A stretch of 64,000 bases of DNA, from contig CAYXNS010000002.1 in assembly GCA_964466315.1 (NCBI GenBank), positions 29,174 through 93,173 of the forward strand, written 5' to 3'. This DNA comes from an uncultured Gammaproteobacteria bacterium. GTDB taxonomy: Bacteria; Pseudomonadota; Gammaproteobacteria; Steroidobacterales; Rariloculaceae. A program made the translations under genes and the position numbers. Positions within the stretch are counted from its first letter, which is position 1; the number at the start of each line of letters is the position of its first letter. Below are positions 9,010 to 18,774 of this stretch, piece by piece. Below the pieces are notes generated by a model. It was not told the DNA's origin and searched no databases. It saw only the letters and a program-made list of their open reading frames with translations.

Positions 9010-10575
9010 CTAGAGCGGGTTACCGAGAGCGTCGATCGCGTTGAGTTGCATGCCGTCCGGTCCCGGACCGGAATCCACTATCCATGGCGCCAGGCAATTC
9101 GCGTCCAGAATGCAGGGATCGGTCAGCGTCTCGAGGAACTCGATGACGTCTCGTCGTTGTCCGCCGTTGATGTTGATCTGCGGCAGTTGCTCGTCCGGCG
9201 GCAAGATGTTGCGTTCCCGTCTTACCTTCGCCAACGCGTCGGCAGTGTTGTCTTCGGCATCGGGATACAGAGCGGCACAATTCACGACATCCAGGAACTG
9301 ATCGAGCTGGCACCAGCCGCCGTTATTGAAAAAATTGTTCACGGTTCCGTTTTGATTGTTGTAGTGTCGGACGACTTCATCCAATGTCTCGTAGGTGCCC
9401 GCGTGTCCCCACGGCCCCGTCACTTGTACATTCAGCAGGCTCGGTGTGCGGAAGCGGTAACGGTCCGCGAGCAACCCGGTCTCATGAGCGCGACCGAAAT
9501 CGTCGTTGTTGCCGTCGCCACGGCCCGGGCCGATATTTGGGAAGCCGATCGTGTGGTGCTCCCCGTCCGTAAAGATGTCACTCGAGTGGCATTGCTGGCA
9601 GCCGAAGCCGTCATCATCAGTTGACCTGAAGAACAGCAGCGCGCCGCGTTTGGCTGAGTTGGTGATCGCGCCGGAGTCGCCCTCGACATAAGCTTTCCAG
9701 GGGCTATTTATGAATATCATAGAGCGTTCGTACTGGCCTATCGCGAACGCGATATTCGCGAATGTGATGAGTTGATCGGCCGGTTGCGCGCTAATGAACG
9801 CCGTCTGAAATTCGGCGAGCCAGCTGTTCGTCTCCAGCTCTCCGGCGCCAACGCCATAGTTTCCGATTCGCGCCGCCAGATGAGCCCGGATCGTTTCGTT
9901 ATCGCTGCCGTTCTCGAACCCCGCAGTCTTCATTTCGGTAGAGGAAGTCACCGGGAAACGCGACTGAGCTGTGGGGAGAAACGTTCCGGCGACAATGTCT
10001 GCGACGAACAGCGCCGTATCGGGGGTCCGAATTCCGGAGCCGCTGCCATTCAGCCTGCTGCCTTTGTCGATACTCTCGATACGCGAGTCCCAGAACATGC
10101 TGGTGTCGTTGAGTCCGGTATTGAAAGTGGTTGGCGCGTTTCGGGGAACATTCGGAATCCCATCGGCGCGGCCGCGTCCGGGTCCAAGCAGGTCCGGTTC
10201 GACAGTCCCCGTGCCGATACTTAGAGAGAGGCTGTCGCCGCCCCCGAGCAGCGGGTGGTGGCAGCTCACACAGGCCGCGTCGAACCCGCCGCCGAGGCTC
10301 TTGCTAAAGAAGAGTTTCATGCCGAGTTGTGGAATCGGATCGTCGATCGAAGGCAGATCGCGGCCGGCAGCAGGATCGCCCGTTAGGCCGAGGGCGGTGA
10401 TCAGCTGAAAAAGCTCAATATCGAGCGGAGCGGTCGATGGCGGCGGTGGAGCCGGCGGCGCCGGAGCAGGTGGCGCGTTCGGGGCCGCTGTTATCGCGGC
10501 GAAGTTGCTGTCTCCGCCGCTGCTGCAGCTCGCGACGGCAGTGGCCAGAATCAGTATGACAGGCACGATGCCCAC
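9010..10575 (-). CDS. di-haem cytochrome c peroxidase family lipoprotein (CCP/MauG-like)
   Basis: Lipobox LATAVASC. Two CxxCH haem motifs (CVSCHH, CQQCHS). Confidence 0.8.
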   Translation of the reverse strand: MGIVPVILILATAVASCSSGGDSNFAAITAAPNAPPAPAPPAPPPPSTAPLDIELFQLITALGLTGDPAAGRDLPSIDDPIPQLGMKLFFSKSLGGGFDAACVSCHHPLLGGGDSLSLSIGTGTVEPDLLGPGRGRADGIPNVPRNAPTTFNTGLNDTSMFWDSRIESIDKGSRLNGSGSGIRTPDTALFVADIVAGTFLPTAQSRFPVTSSTEMKTAGFENGSDNETIRAHLAARIGNYGVGAGELETNSWLAEFQTAFISAQPADQLITFANIAFAIGQYERSMIFINSPWKAYVEGDSGAITNSAKRGALLFFRSTDDDGFGCQQCHSSDIFTDGEHHTIGFPNIGPGRGDGNNDDFGRAHETGLLADRYRFRTPSLLNVQVTGPWGHAGTYETLDEVVRHYNNQNGTVNNFFNNGGWCQLDQFLDVVNCAALYPDAEDNTADALAKVRRERNILPPDEQLPQININGGQRRDVIEFLETLTDPCILDANCLAPWIVDSGPGPDGMQLNAIDALGNPL

Positions 10576-10729
10576 CGGGCTGTCGGCGCCCCTGCTAATG
10601 TTCAGGCTCGCGGAGAAAGGATTCTTAATTGTTTTCGATAGATACTAACGCATTGTTCGCCAGGGCATTGACCCGCTGGTTATATCAACTACCGGGCGAC
10701 GGTAGAATGAGCCGGCAGATGGGACCCGC

Positions 10730-11836
10730 ATGGCACTAAAACGGACGGCATGGGTAGGCGGTCGAGTCGTCACGCTCGAGCATACGTCGGCGATTCTCGC
10801 CGATAACCCTCTGGGCGACCCGCATCGCCGCAGTCTCGATGTCTGGTTGCCGCCGCAGTATGACCAGGGCATGGGCCGCGGCCGCGGCCGACGATTTCCC
10901 GTGCTGTTCGATCTAGTCGGCTACACAGGGTCGGGTAGATCGCATACGAACTGGCGCAATTTCGATGAGAATCTCCCGGAACGTGCCGCTCGCCTGGTTC
11001 ATGAGAAGAAGATGCGCCCGTGCCTGATCGTCTTTCCCGATTGCTTCACGGCTCTGGGCGGCAATCAATACATCAACTCCTCCGCGATAGGCCACTATGC
11101 CGACTATCTAACACGGGAGTTGATCCCGTGCGTCGACCGTGAGTTTCGAACGCGGGCGTCACGAGATCATCGCGGTTGTTTCGGAAAATCGTCAGGCGGC
11201 TATGGGGCGATGCTTCATGGTATGAAGTACGCGCGCTACTGGGGAGCTATCGCCAATCATTCCGGGGACGCCTACTTCGATTTCATCTATCGTTCCGACT
11301 GGCCCAATACGTTGAACAAGCTCGCGAGTCATCGTCGGCGTCAACGGCGTGCCGGAACTATCGACGTTGAACGGGAAGCGCATGGTCTCGAAGAAGGCCT
11401 CGACGACGGCCGGGTCGCGAAGTTTCTGAAAGATATCTGGGGGCGCACTAAGTTGTCACGCGATGATATTCATTGCTTGATGAATGTCGCGATGGCTGCG
11501 ACCTACGACCCGGATCCGGAAGCGCCCAACGGCTTCCGTTTGCCGTTCAATCTCGAGACTGGAGAGATCATCCCGGCCCGTTGGCGTGCGTGGCTGCAGC
11601 ACGACCCGATCAATCTCGTGCGTCGTTATCGGAAGAATCTCGAGAGTTTGCGCGGTATCTTCATCGACTGTGGTTGGCGGGATCAGTATCAACTCCACTA
11701 CGGTAGCCGCATTCTCTCCAAGCGCCTGACGGAAGCCGGGATAGAACATCGCTACGAGGAGTTCCCGGACACTCATTCAGGCATCGATTACCGCATGGAT
11801 CGTAGCTTGCCATTCCTGAGCCGCGCACTACGCTGA
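10730..11836 (+). CDS. alpha/beta hydrolase, 'putative esterase' (enterochelin esterase / S-formylglutathione hydrolase-like) family
   Basis: LPPQYD...FPVLFDLVGYTG, nucleophile elbow GKSSGG, and HSGDAYFD. Confidence 0.7.
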   Translation: MALKRTAWVGGRVVTLEHTSAILADNPLGDPHRRSLDVWLPPQYDQGMGRGRGRRFPVLFDLVGYTGSGRSHTNWRNFDENLPERAARLVHEKKMRPCLIVFPDCFTALGGNQYINSSAIGHYADYLTRELIPCVDREFRTRASRDHRGCFGKSSGGYGAMLHGMKYARYWGAIANHSGDAYFDFIYRSDWPNTLNKLASHRRRQRRAGTIDVEREAHGLEEGLDDGRVAKFLKDIWGRTKLSRDDIHCLMNVAMAATYDPDPEAPNGFRLPFNLETGEIIPARWRAWLQHDPINLVRRYRKNLESLRGIFIDCGWRDQYQLHYGSRILSKRLTEAGIEHRYEEFPDTHSGIDYRMDRSLPFLSRALR

Positions 11837-12171
11837 CCCGTGTAGCGCAATAAGGGGCACGGCCCCTTTATCGGCGCAATCTAATGCTTGAGATTCGGGG
11901 GGCGTATTTCCCGGTCGAGTTCGCCGCCGTAGCGTACGACAATGTCCGGAATCGCGTCGACATCGCCGACACTCGTGCGAAAATTCACGATGCAGGCGCG
12001 CAGCACGTTTCGGGTCAAGCCAGCGGAGCGATGTTAGAAGCAGTAGAATCAGATTCGGCTCCGACAATCAATAGTGATGTGTTTCCGGATCTAAGTTTGG
12101 ACGCCGAGCTGGTTTGATACGTCGCGCATTACCCAATCGATGAGCGCGTTTCTACTAGACTGGGGATAAGA

Positions 12172-13431
12172 ATGCTAACGAATCGATATGTCGTTCCACT
12201 GTGTTTCGAGATCGTTCTGAACTATGGGGTGGCGTCTGACGCGCGAGCGCAAGTGCCGGAGAACTACGCGCCGATGGACCCGATTCCAGCCGAAGTCGCG
12301 TTACCCGATCCCTGTGACAATCCGACGACGCGGATGTGGGGCCCCGACGATCAGGCTGGTAATCTCAACTACCTGACGCCCGAGCGCGTGAGCGACACGC
12401 TCGGTCTCATTCGGCTGGGCAAGGTCTATGAACTTGGCCACTTACTCGAGCCGGGGCAAATGGGATTCTCGGCTTATCTCGACTTCAAGAGCAACCTCGG
12501 CGAGTGGCCGGGTCGCGATGCAAGTCATGCGATCTTCAACAACGAAGAGACGCTCGGCAACAGCCGCTTCAATCCGGATAGGGCCGGGGTGATGCAGTTC
12601 GAACTCGGCACGCAGCTCGATGGGTTTAATCACGTCACGCAGGAAGGGATCACCTACAACTGTTTCGATACCCGGAATCCCGCCGACCATTACTACCCCG
12701 AGGGCGATCCCGGCGACCTACCCCGCGGCAATCCCGGTGCGGACTATATCTTCCGCGGGTATCGACGGATGGGGATCGAGAATGTGCGTACGATCGTCGC
12801 GCGGGCCGTATTGATCGATGTGGGTCAACTGCTTCGCGAGCGGGAAATCGACGCCGGCCGCGATCCGGAACAGTTTCCGCCGGCAGATTACGAGTTCACC
12901 CCCGAGGAACTGGAGCAGACACTTATCCGTCAGGGCTTGAGTCTCGACGACATTCACCCCGGTGATGCGCTGATGATCCGAACGGGTTGGTCAGCTCGCT
13001 TCTGGACGGCGAATCCTGCCGATCCACGTGATGAGCGGGTGAAGTACTTGAACCGCGGTCAGGACGAGTTCCGGCCTGGCGGCCCCGGTATCGACGCGCG
13101 CGCGATCCAGTGGACGATCAATCGCATGCCGGTACTCATCGGTGGCGATACCAAGACTATCGAGAACAGCAATCCAGCCGACCCGACGCGCGAGATTTTC
13201 GTCGAGCGCCCCGGACATGTCAGCTGGCTGAGCAGCGGCATCTATATGCTGGAGGATCTCGATCTAGAGGTGCTGGCTGCGGACTGTGAGAATCAACGAG
13301 CCGCAAGCATTGCGGTGCGCGGCATACCGAGTTCACCCGAAGATTCGTGCTATATCTCGACGCTCGTGGTACAGACGACTCCGGTCAGGGGGTCCGGCGG
13401 TTCTACTGTCGCCCCGACCGTGTTTCGTTAA
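12172..13431 (+). CDS. cyclase-family protein (kynurenine formamidase-like fold)
   Basis: WGPDDQAGNLNYLTPERVSDTLGLIRLGKVYELGH and LGTQLDGFNH resemble the Pfam 'putative cyclase' N-terminal and metal-motif regions. Confidence 0.65.
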   Translation: MLTNRYVVPLCFEIVLNYGVASDARAQVPENYAPMDPIPAEVALPDPCDNPTTRMWGPDDQAGNLNYLTPERVSDTLGLIRLGKVYELGHLLEPGQMGFSAYLDFKSNLGEWPGRDASHAIFNNEETLGNSRFNPDRAGVMQFELGTQLDGFNHVTQEGITYNCFDTRNPADHYYPEGDPGDLPRGNPGADYIFRGYRRMGIENVRTIVARAVLIDVGQLLREREIDAGRDPEQFPPADYEFTPEELEQTLIRQGLSLDDIHPGDALMIRTGWSARFWTANPADPRDERVKYLNRGQDEFRPGGPGIDARAIQWTINRMPVLIGGDTKTIENSNPADPTREIFVERPGHVSWLSSGIYMLEDLDLEVLAADCENQRAASIAVRGIPSSPEDSCYISTLVVQTTPVRGSGGSTVAPTVFR

Positions 13432-13508
13432 TATTTTAACGCTCGACAACTGATAACTCGGAGATCGAGCTCTATACCGGTCCGGTTCAATACTCGGAGG
13501 GAAAAATC

Positions 13509-14129
13509 ATGCAGATTCTTCGCCCGTTGATTCCAGCATCACTCATCTTGCTGGCGCCGCCATCCATCGCACAGAGCTGGTTTGAGTACAGCAGTCTCGT
13601 CGATCGATTCAGTGTGAACTTCCCAGCCGAACCGGCCATCGAAGAGTTCGACTATTACTCCGAGTTCGATGCGATATTCTCGGCGCGCCGCTATACGGTC
13701 GGGGTGGGTTCAAGCGGTTACTCGGTGACGGTAGTCGATTTCAGAGATTCTGAGAAGATCCACGCGGAGATGGAGAAGACCGAGGCCGCGAGCGGTATGA
13801 ACGTTTGGATCAACGATCAACGCGCATCGGTGGCGAAGGCGGCCAGGGAGTTCCGGCAACGCGATGGTAAAGTAACCTACGACGCGTGGTCGCATATCGA
13901 TCTCGTCGAGGGCCACCAGTTACAGATCACGAACGTCGACGGATCCCGGACCTTCGCCGGGATCTATCTGCACGGCAACGCCAGCCGCTTGTATATCCTC
14001 GAATCGACTGTCGCTCCGGGCTCACCGCCGCCGGGACAATTTCAGCAGTCACTGCGATTCCTCGACGATGACGGTCAGCGAATTCGTTATCAACTGTCGC
14101 CGAACGGCTGCACGGTGGATCTCGGATAG
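13509..14129 (+). CDS. hypothetical exported protein
   Basis: 206-aa ORF with signal peptide-like MQILRPLIPASLILLAPPSIAQS. No family recognised. Confidence 0.5.
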   Translation: MQILRPLIPASLILLAPPSIAQSWFEYSSLVDRFSVNFPAEPAIEEFDYYSEFDAIFSARRYTVGVGSSGYSVTVVDFRDSEKIHAEMEKTEAASGMNVWINDQRASVAKAAREFRQRDGKVTYDAWSHIDLVEGHQLQITNVDGSRTFAGIYLHGNASRLYILESTVAPGSPPPGQFQQSLRFLDDDGQRIRYQLSPNGCTVDLG

Positions 14130-14249
14130 GACCGTCCATCGTGCCTAGTGGTCTCGCCGTACTTCGACGTGCTGGGATTCGCTTGCGACCCGGGGGTGTC
14201 GAGGTGCTACAGCACCGAGTGGTTGGTAGCGTTGTTGCCTGGTCCGCGC

Positions 14250-14846
14250 ATTAGATGCCACCCTGAAACATCTCGTCAACCGGGACGATGGTAATGTCCG
14301 CAGGCATTATTCCCAGAGGGAACTCCGCGATAGCGGCGTCTTCGTCAGAAACCGCCTGCGGTTTGGGCGATTCGTACTCCAACGGGCTCGGGCATCACTC
14401 GATAGGGCTTCGGCGAGCGCTTCGTTATCACCCGTGATGATCGCGATCTTCAGGTTATCGGCTTGCAGGAAGATCCTGATCGCGGCATAGCCTGGGCGCT
14501 CATTGCGTCCTGCCCGTGAGTACGATCATCTCGCGATCCACGCGGATCCCGTAATTCGACGCGATGGGGTAGAGTTTTTCGAGGATTTCCTCGTAGCGGT
14601 TGTCCTCGGTGGACGCATCCGTAAGCATCTGACCGGCCAGGTAAGCGAGACCTTCCTTGCCGAGCGGGTCGTTCTGTAGGCCCACCTTAAATCATACCGA
14701 GAACGAGATTGTTGGATCTGTCGGCACCGGCAGCAACACGGAGGTCGATTCGGGAGTAACCGGTTGCGTTCTTTCCGGCTCGACTTCAGCAGAGCACGCG
14801 GTCAACGCGAAGGCGACTACCGCGACGTAAGCGGCGACGTATCTCA
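14250..14846 (-). pseudogene. M16 (insulinase/pitrilysin) family peptidase remnant with a nonsense codon, frameshifts and a large internal deletion
   Basis: Lipoprotein start MRYVAAYVAVVAFALTAC. Then ...PTISFSV-TGA-FKVGLQNDPLGKEGLAYLAGQMLTDAS...YEEILEKLYPIASNYGIRVDREMIVLTG (M16 N-terminal region). The reading then jumps in another frame to ...AAIRIFLQADNLKIAIITGDNEALAEALSSDA, and in a third frame to PSPLEYESPKPQAVSDEDAAIAEFPLGIMPADITIVPVDEMF (C-terminal tail). Only ~195 of the expected ~450 codons remain. Confidence 0.65.
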
Positions 14847-14920
14847 TTGTACATAAGCTCAGGCTGTGGGCTGAATTTGCGAGTGTTAGAATACCTCCCC
14901 CTCCTAGGGGAGTAGGTGAA

Positions 14921-15493
14921 GTGAAACAGAGTGGCTCTCTTCCGGATCTGGTGATTGCGCACAAGCTTGCCGCATTGCTCTTTGTGTTTCTGCTATGCCA
15001 GGCGAGTTCGGCGCAGGAAGCCGATGTGGAGGAGTGGGCTACGCTAACCGAGGTCACGATCGATCAGGAACCGCTGCCGATGGAAGAGCTGACGGTCGTC
15101 GCTCCTCAGTCGCTGGCCTCGATGCGAAACGAACTCATCCGTGTCGAAGACGATGTTCTTGCGGTATACAACAATCTCAACGATGACAACGATTTCGATA
15201 TCTATTGCAGGAAGGAGACGCCGACGATGAGCTACATTGCCATTCGCGTCTGCCGGGCAAATTTCGTCGATAGGCTCACCGCCGAAGCTGCGTCCAATTT
15301 CATCGGCAGCTCCGCCTATGACGATCCTACAGGTGAGCTCCGTTACTATGAGTCACTCCTTCGCGAGAAGATGGCGACGTTGATGGAGGAGAATCCGGCG
15401 CTGTACCAGGTGTTGCTGAGCTACTATGAGCTAAAGACCGATTATGAGGCGGAGCGCGCGGAGAGATCCGAAGATAACTTCTTCGCGCGCTAG
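14921..15493 (+). CDS. hypothetical exported protein (GTG start)
   Basis: 190-aa ORF with a hydrophobic N-terminal segment AALLFVFLLCQASSAQ. No family recognised. Confidence 0.5.
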   Translation: MKQSGSLPDLVIAHKLAALLFVFLLCQASSAQEADVEEWATLTEVTIDQEPLPMEELTVVAPQSLASMRNELIRVEDDVLAVYNNLNDDNDFDIYCRKETPTMSYIAIRVCRANFVDRLTAEAASNFIGSSAYDDPTGELRYYESLLREKMATLMEENPALYQVLLSYYELKTDYEAERAERSEDNFFAR

Positions 15494-15526
15494 CGGATAC
15501 GGCTGACGCGCTCATCGGATTCTGTC

Positions 15527-16138
15527 GTGCCCGGCATTCAACCAGTCCTCGATTTTCTACCGTGCCGCACACCTCCCGCCTGGATCGATCAAGGGACCGA
15601 GGATCTCCCTACGTTACTCCTAGACCATGCCGCCTTGGAGCTCAAGGCCGCGCAACAGGCGTTAACACTCATGAACCGCTACGCTGGTCAAACCGCGGTG
15701 CTGAAAAAGATGTCACGACTCGCGCGGGAAGAACTGCGTCACTTCGAGCGGGTGATGGTTGCTCTCAAGAGGCGAGGCATTCACTATCGGCCATTGTCTG
15801 CATCACGTTATTTTGCCAGCTTGCACCGTTGTATTCGAAGGTCTGAGCCCGGCAGGCTCATCGATACGTTAATCGTTGGTGCGATCATCGAGGCTCGTTC
15901 CTGTGAGCGATTCTATTGCCTGTTACCCTATTTTTCTGCACATGAGCCGGAACTGGCCGAACTGTATGAGTCTCTGCTCGATTCGGAGGCACGGCATTTC
16001 GTGGATTACCTCGGCTTGGCCGCTCAGGCTGCGGGAGATTCGAATGAAGCACGGTCCGCGACGTTACTCACAGTGGAAGCCGAACTGATCTGCTCGCCCG
16101 ACTCCGAGTTGCGCTTCCACAGCGGTGTTCCCGCGTAA
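15527..16138 (+). CDS. miaE: tRNA-(ms2io6A37)-hydroxylase MiaE
   Basis: LLDHAALELKAAQQA...LAREELRHFERV...GAIIEARSCERF...LLDSEARH is the di-iron four-helix motif pattern of MiaE. Confidence 0.8.
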   Translation: MPGIQPVLDFLPCRTPPAWIDQGTEDLPTLLLDHAALELKAAQQALTLMNRYAGQTAVLKKMSRLAREELRHFERVMVALKRRGIHYRPLSASRYFASLHRCIRRSEPGRLIDTLIVGAIIEARSCERFYCLLPYFSAHEPELAELYESLLDSEARHFVDYLGLAAQAAGDSNEARSATLLTVEAELICSPDSELRFHSGVPA

Positions 16139-16170
16139 TCTCGGTTCGACCCCTAATTATTGCCGCGGGC

Positions 16171-16386
16171 ATGATGATTTCAAAGTCGGCCGCGTCCTTA
16201 ACCAACAGAAAAACCATTGAGTTAACGCCGGGTGATGTCTTCGTGGTACCGGCAGGAACGGGGCACCAGTTCACGAGGATCGACGACCACATCGCCTACC
16301 TCATGGTGCGTATCGATCCCGACAAGGTGGTGCCGCTCATGGACGCGGCTGCCTCCGAGGCCTACCTTGTGGAGTACGGCGGATAG
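16171..16386 (+). pseudogene. cupin-fold C-terminal fragment (N-terminal metal motif missing)
   Basis: The 71-aa ORF contains only cupin motif 2 (LTPGDVFVVPAGTGHQF). It starts 33 nt after the miaE stop, leaving no room for motif 1. Confidence 0.35.
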
Positions 16387-16396
16387 GAGTTATTCC

Positions 16397-17251
16397 TTAT
16401 CGATCCTCGTTCGCTTCCGTCGCGGCGATCAGCTCGTCCAGCCAGCGCTGAAAATGTGCCGGGTCGACCCACGGATGCGGATCGCCGGGGCGGCGGTTTG
16501 CGAGCAGCTCGGCGCGCCCAAACAGATCCGGCGCGCCGCTCGCATGAATATCGAAGTGATTGGCAATCTGGACTTCGATGCCGGGAATCCGCTTGATGCG
16601 GCGCAGGTCGTCGAGGAATACTTGTTTTACTTCGGGGTCGTCCGAGCGCAGCGCGGGGCCGCCGTGAAGATATGCGAGATGCTCGGTGCCATTGTCGAAT
16701 ACCGAGAATCGAATCGACGTCGTGCCCGGCGTGTGTCCAGGTGTGAGTTCGAAACGGAGTGTCGTGTCGCCCAAGGTCAGCGTGTCACCGTCCTCAATGG
16801 TGAAGTCGATGCGCGGCGCGTACTCGCCGAAGTCCTCCACCATCAGCTTCCGATCTTCCTCGGCCGTGCCGAACTGCGCGTCGATGATCTCCTGCAGCGC
16901 CGGCGCACCGCCATAGTGATCGCGATGTCCCTGGAGAATAATGACGTACTCGATATCCATGGGGTCGAGGCCAACCTCGCGAATATTGCCTAGGTGATAC
17001 TCGGTATACCCGGAAAGATCCCACAGCGTGTCGAGGAGGATCAGACCCCCGCTTGTCTCGATCACATAGCTACCGACTTCGCCGATGCCGACGAAGTAGA
17101 GGTTGTCGAAGACCTGAAACGGATCTCGCGCCATGATGTTCAGGTCGTTTCTCGGGGACAGCGTTGCGGGTGGTGGTTGTGACGAGGCGGCTCCGATCGA
17201 AAGGAGCAGCGCGGCGGTGAGAATAATCATGCTTGGCAGACGGTGGTACAT
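16397..17251 (-). CDS. subclass B3 metallo-beta-lactamase family protein, Gln116-type first-site motif, exported
   Basis: Signal peptide. PFQVFDNLYFVG...SYVIETSGGLILLDT, ILQGHRDHYGG (QxHxDH), TPGHTPGTTS, IANHFD. The layout is as I recall for L1/FEZ-1/GOB-type enzymes. Confidence 0.7.
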   Translation of the reverse strand: MYHRLPSMIILTAALLLSIGAASSQPPPATLSPRNDLNIMARDPFQVFDNLYFVGIGEVGSYVIETSGGLILLDTLWDLSGYTEYHLGNIREVGLDPMDIEYVIILQGHRDHYGGAPALQEIIDAQFGTAEEDRKLMVEDFGEYAPRIDFTIEDGDTLTLGDTTLRFELTPGHTPGTTSIRFSVFDNGTEHLAYLHGGPALRSDDPEVKQVFLDDLRRIKRIPGIEVQIANHFDIHASGAPDLFGRAELLANRRPGDPHPWVDPAHFQRWLDELIAATEANEDR

Positions 17252-17484
17252 GTTCTGGCCCCTGTTTGTTGTTCGTATGCTGTGTCTAGACCCGTGATGC
17301 GCGCCATTGCACTGTGGCGAGTAGGGGGCCTATATGCATTAATCATCGCGCGAACCTGCTCGAAATGCCACTCAGAGGAGTTTCTCTTGCGTCAAATTTT
17401 GTCAGTGTCCGTTCTTCCCGGTTCTGCTTAGAGCATTGAAAGAGTAGACTCACAGCACGAGAAAAACGCATAGTTGGGGTAGTT

Positions 17485-18510
17485 ATGAGCACTTACCGGA
17501 TTTCATCGATCGTAGGCGCCGCGCTCGTGACCATCGTATTGCCGTTGACTGTGAACGCGCACCATTCCCGTACCGAGTATGCGGAGGAGGTCATCGAACG
17601 CACGGGCAAACTCATCGATGTCATCTGGCGAAACCCGCACGCGGGCCTGATCATCACGGTAACCGACGATCAAGGCAGCGAAAAGGATTGGCGTATAGAG
17701 ACCTTCGGCAGCCCGAACCTCTTCAGCCGCATGGGTGTCGAGCGTGAGTACTTCACGATCGGCGAGCAGATAAAAATATCCGGCCGCGCGTCGACACGCC
17801 GGGATTCCTATATGCTCGGTACCAATGTGCTAATGGAGAGCGGCTTGGAGGTGATCCTGAGCGCGACGGTCGGGCCCCTCTGGTCGGATCGCTATGTCGG
17901 TGGCTTGGAATACTCCGACCGAGACCTTTCCGTGACTGCCAGGGCTGCATCTGAAAACAGAGGTATCTTCCGCAACTGGAGTATCGCAGGTAGAAGAATC
18001 GGCGTGAGCCGGCACCTTCCGTATACCGAAGAAGCCCAGGCAGCGATGGATGTCTGGGATCCGATCACGGCTCCCGTCGCACAATGCCAGACGCCGGGGA
18101 TGCCCGGGCCGATGTATCAGCCCTTGTCGCTCGAGTTCGTCGACGAGGGTGCGACCATTACGATCAACATCGAATATTTCGGCATTCAACGTACGGTTCA
18201 TATGGGCGACGCCGAGGATCCTGCTACCCAGCCTGCGTCGCCACTCGGCTATTCAGCCGGGCACTGGGAGGGCAGCACGCTCGTTGTAGAGACGACACGC
18301 ATCAACTATCCCTATTTTAACTCGGGCGGCGCGCCGCAGAGCGAGAACGTGCATGTCGTCGAACGGTTTGCGCTCAGCGATGACCAGGGTGAGCTGGACG
18401 TCAGCATGACCATCACGGATCCCGTGACCTTCACCGAGCCGGCGACTGCGGGACGGTTATACGTAGCGCTCGGAGAGCCTTATATTCCACTCGACTGCAC
18501 GGTTTTCTGA
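17485..18510 (+). CDS. hypothetical exported protein (N-terminus resembles DUF6152)
   Basis: Signal peptide, then HHSRTEYAEE...GKLIDVIWRNPHAGLIITV...WRIETFG. Confidence 0.55.
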   Translation: MSTYRISSIVGAALVTIVLPLTVNAHHSRTEYAEEVIERTGKLIDVIWRNPHAGLIITVTDDQGSEKDWRIETFGSPNLFSRMGVEREYFTIGEQIKISGRASTRRDSYMLGTNVLMESGLEVILSATVGPLWSDRYVGGLEYSDRDLSVTARAASENRGIFRNWSIAGRRIGVSRHLPYTEEAQAAMDVWDPITAPVAQCQTPGMPGPMYQPLSLEFVDEGATITINIEYFGIQRTVHMGDAEDPATQPASPLGYSAGHWEGSTLVVETTRINYPYFNSGGAPQSENVHVVERFALSDDQGELDVSMTITDPVTFTEPATAGRLYVALGEPYIPLDCTVF

Positions 18511-18512
18511 GA

Positions 18513-18538
18513 CTCGTGCTATAGACTGACAGCACGAG
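18513..18538 (+). terminator. stem-loop directly after the 17485..18510 stop codon
   Basis: CTCGTGCT (18513-18520) pairs perfectly with AGCACGAG (18531-18538), with a 10-nt loop. No U-run follows. Confidence 0.35.
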
Positions 18539-18774
18539 GCGACTTGCTACTTGCTGAAGTTATTGATGGTCTGAATCGGGGGGTGCGGAAGGATCAGCCT
18601 TTGTGCTATGCGTCGCTGGAGGCTCGGGAAGAAGCCAACCGGCGCAGAGACGCGATACACCGGCACCTGGGTGAAGGGGGCGATGATAGCCCAGCGCGAC
18701 TCGACAAGCTGCCCGAGGATGGACTGCACGACGACGAGGTCGAGCGCAACGAATAAAAGGCCCCCTTTACTTAG

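Noticed and set aside
11882-12030. Minus-strand open frame without a start, ending …LTRNVLRACIVNFRTSVGDVDAIPDIVVRYGGELDREIRPPNLKH-stop. Considered as a 3' gene remnant.
   Set aside because: It looks protein-like but I cannot name a family. It is mentioned only as a possible member of the remnant series.
12172-13431. Cyclase-family protein reading GTQLDGFNH instead of the HxGTHxDxPxH metal motif, considered as a pseudo-enzyme.
   Set aside because: I believe GTQ-type variants are common in this family. Without a profile alignment this is not a safe claim.
14681-14689. In-frame TGA in the M16 peptidase frame, considered as possible selenocysteine or TGA=Trp recoding.
   Set aside because: Other genes in the window use TGA as a true stop. 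The same locus also carries frameshifts and a large deletion. I saw no SECIS-like hairpin directly downstream. A nonsense mutation in a pseudogene is simpler.
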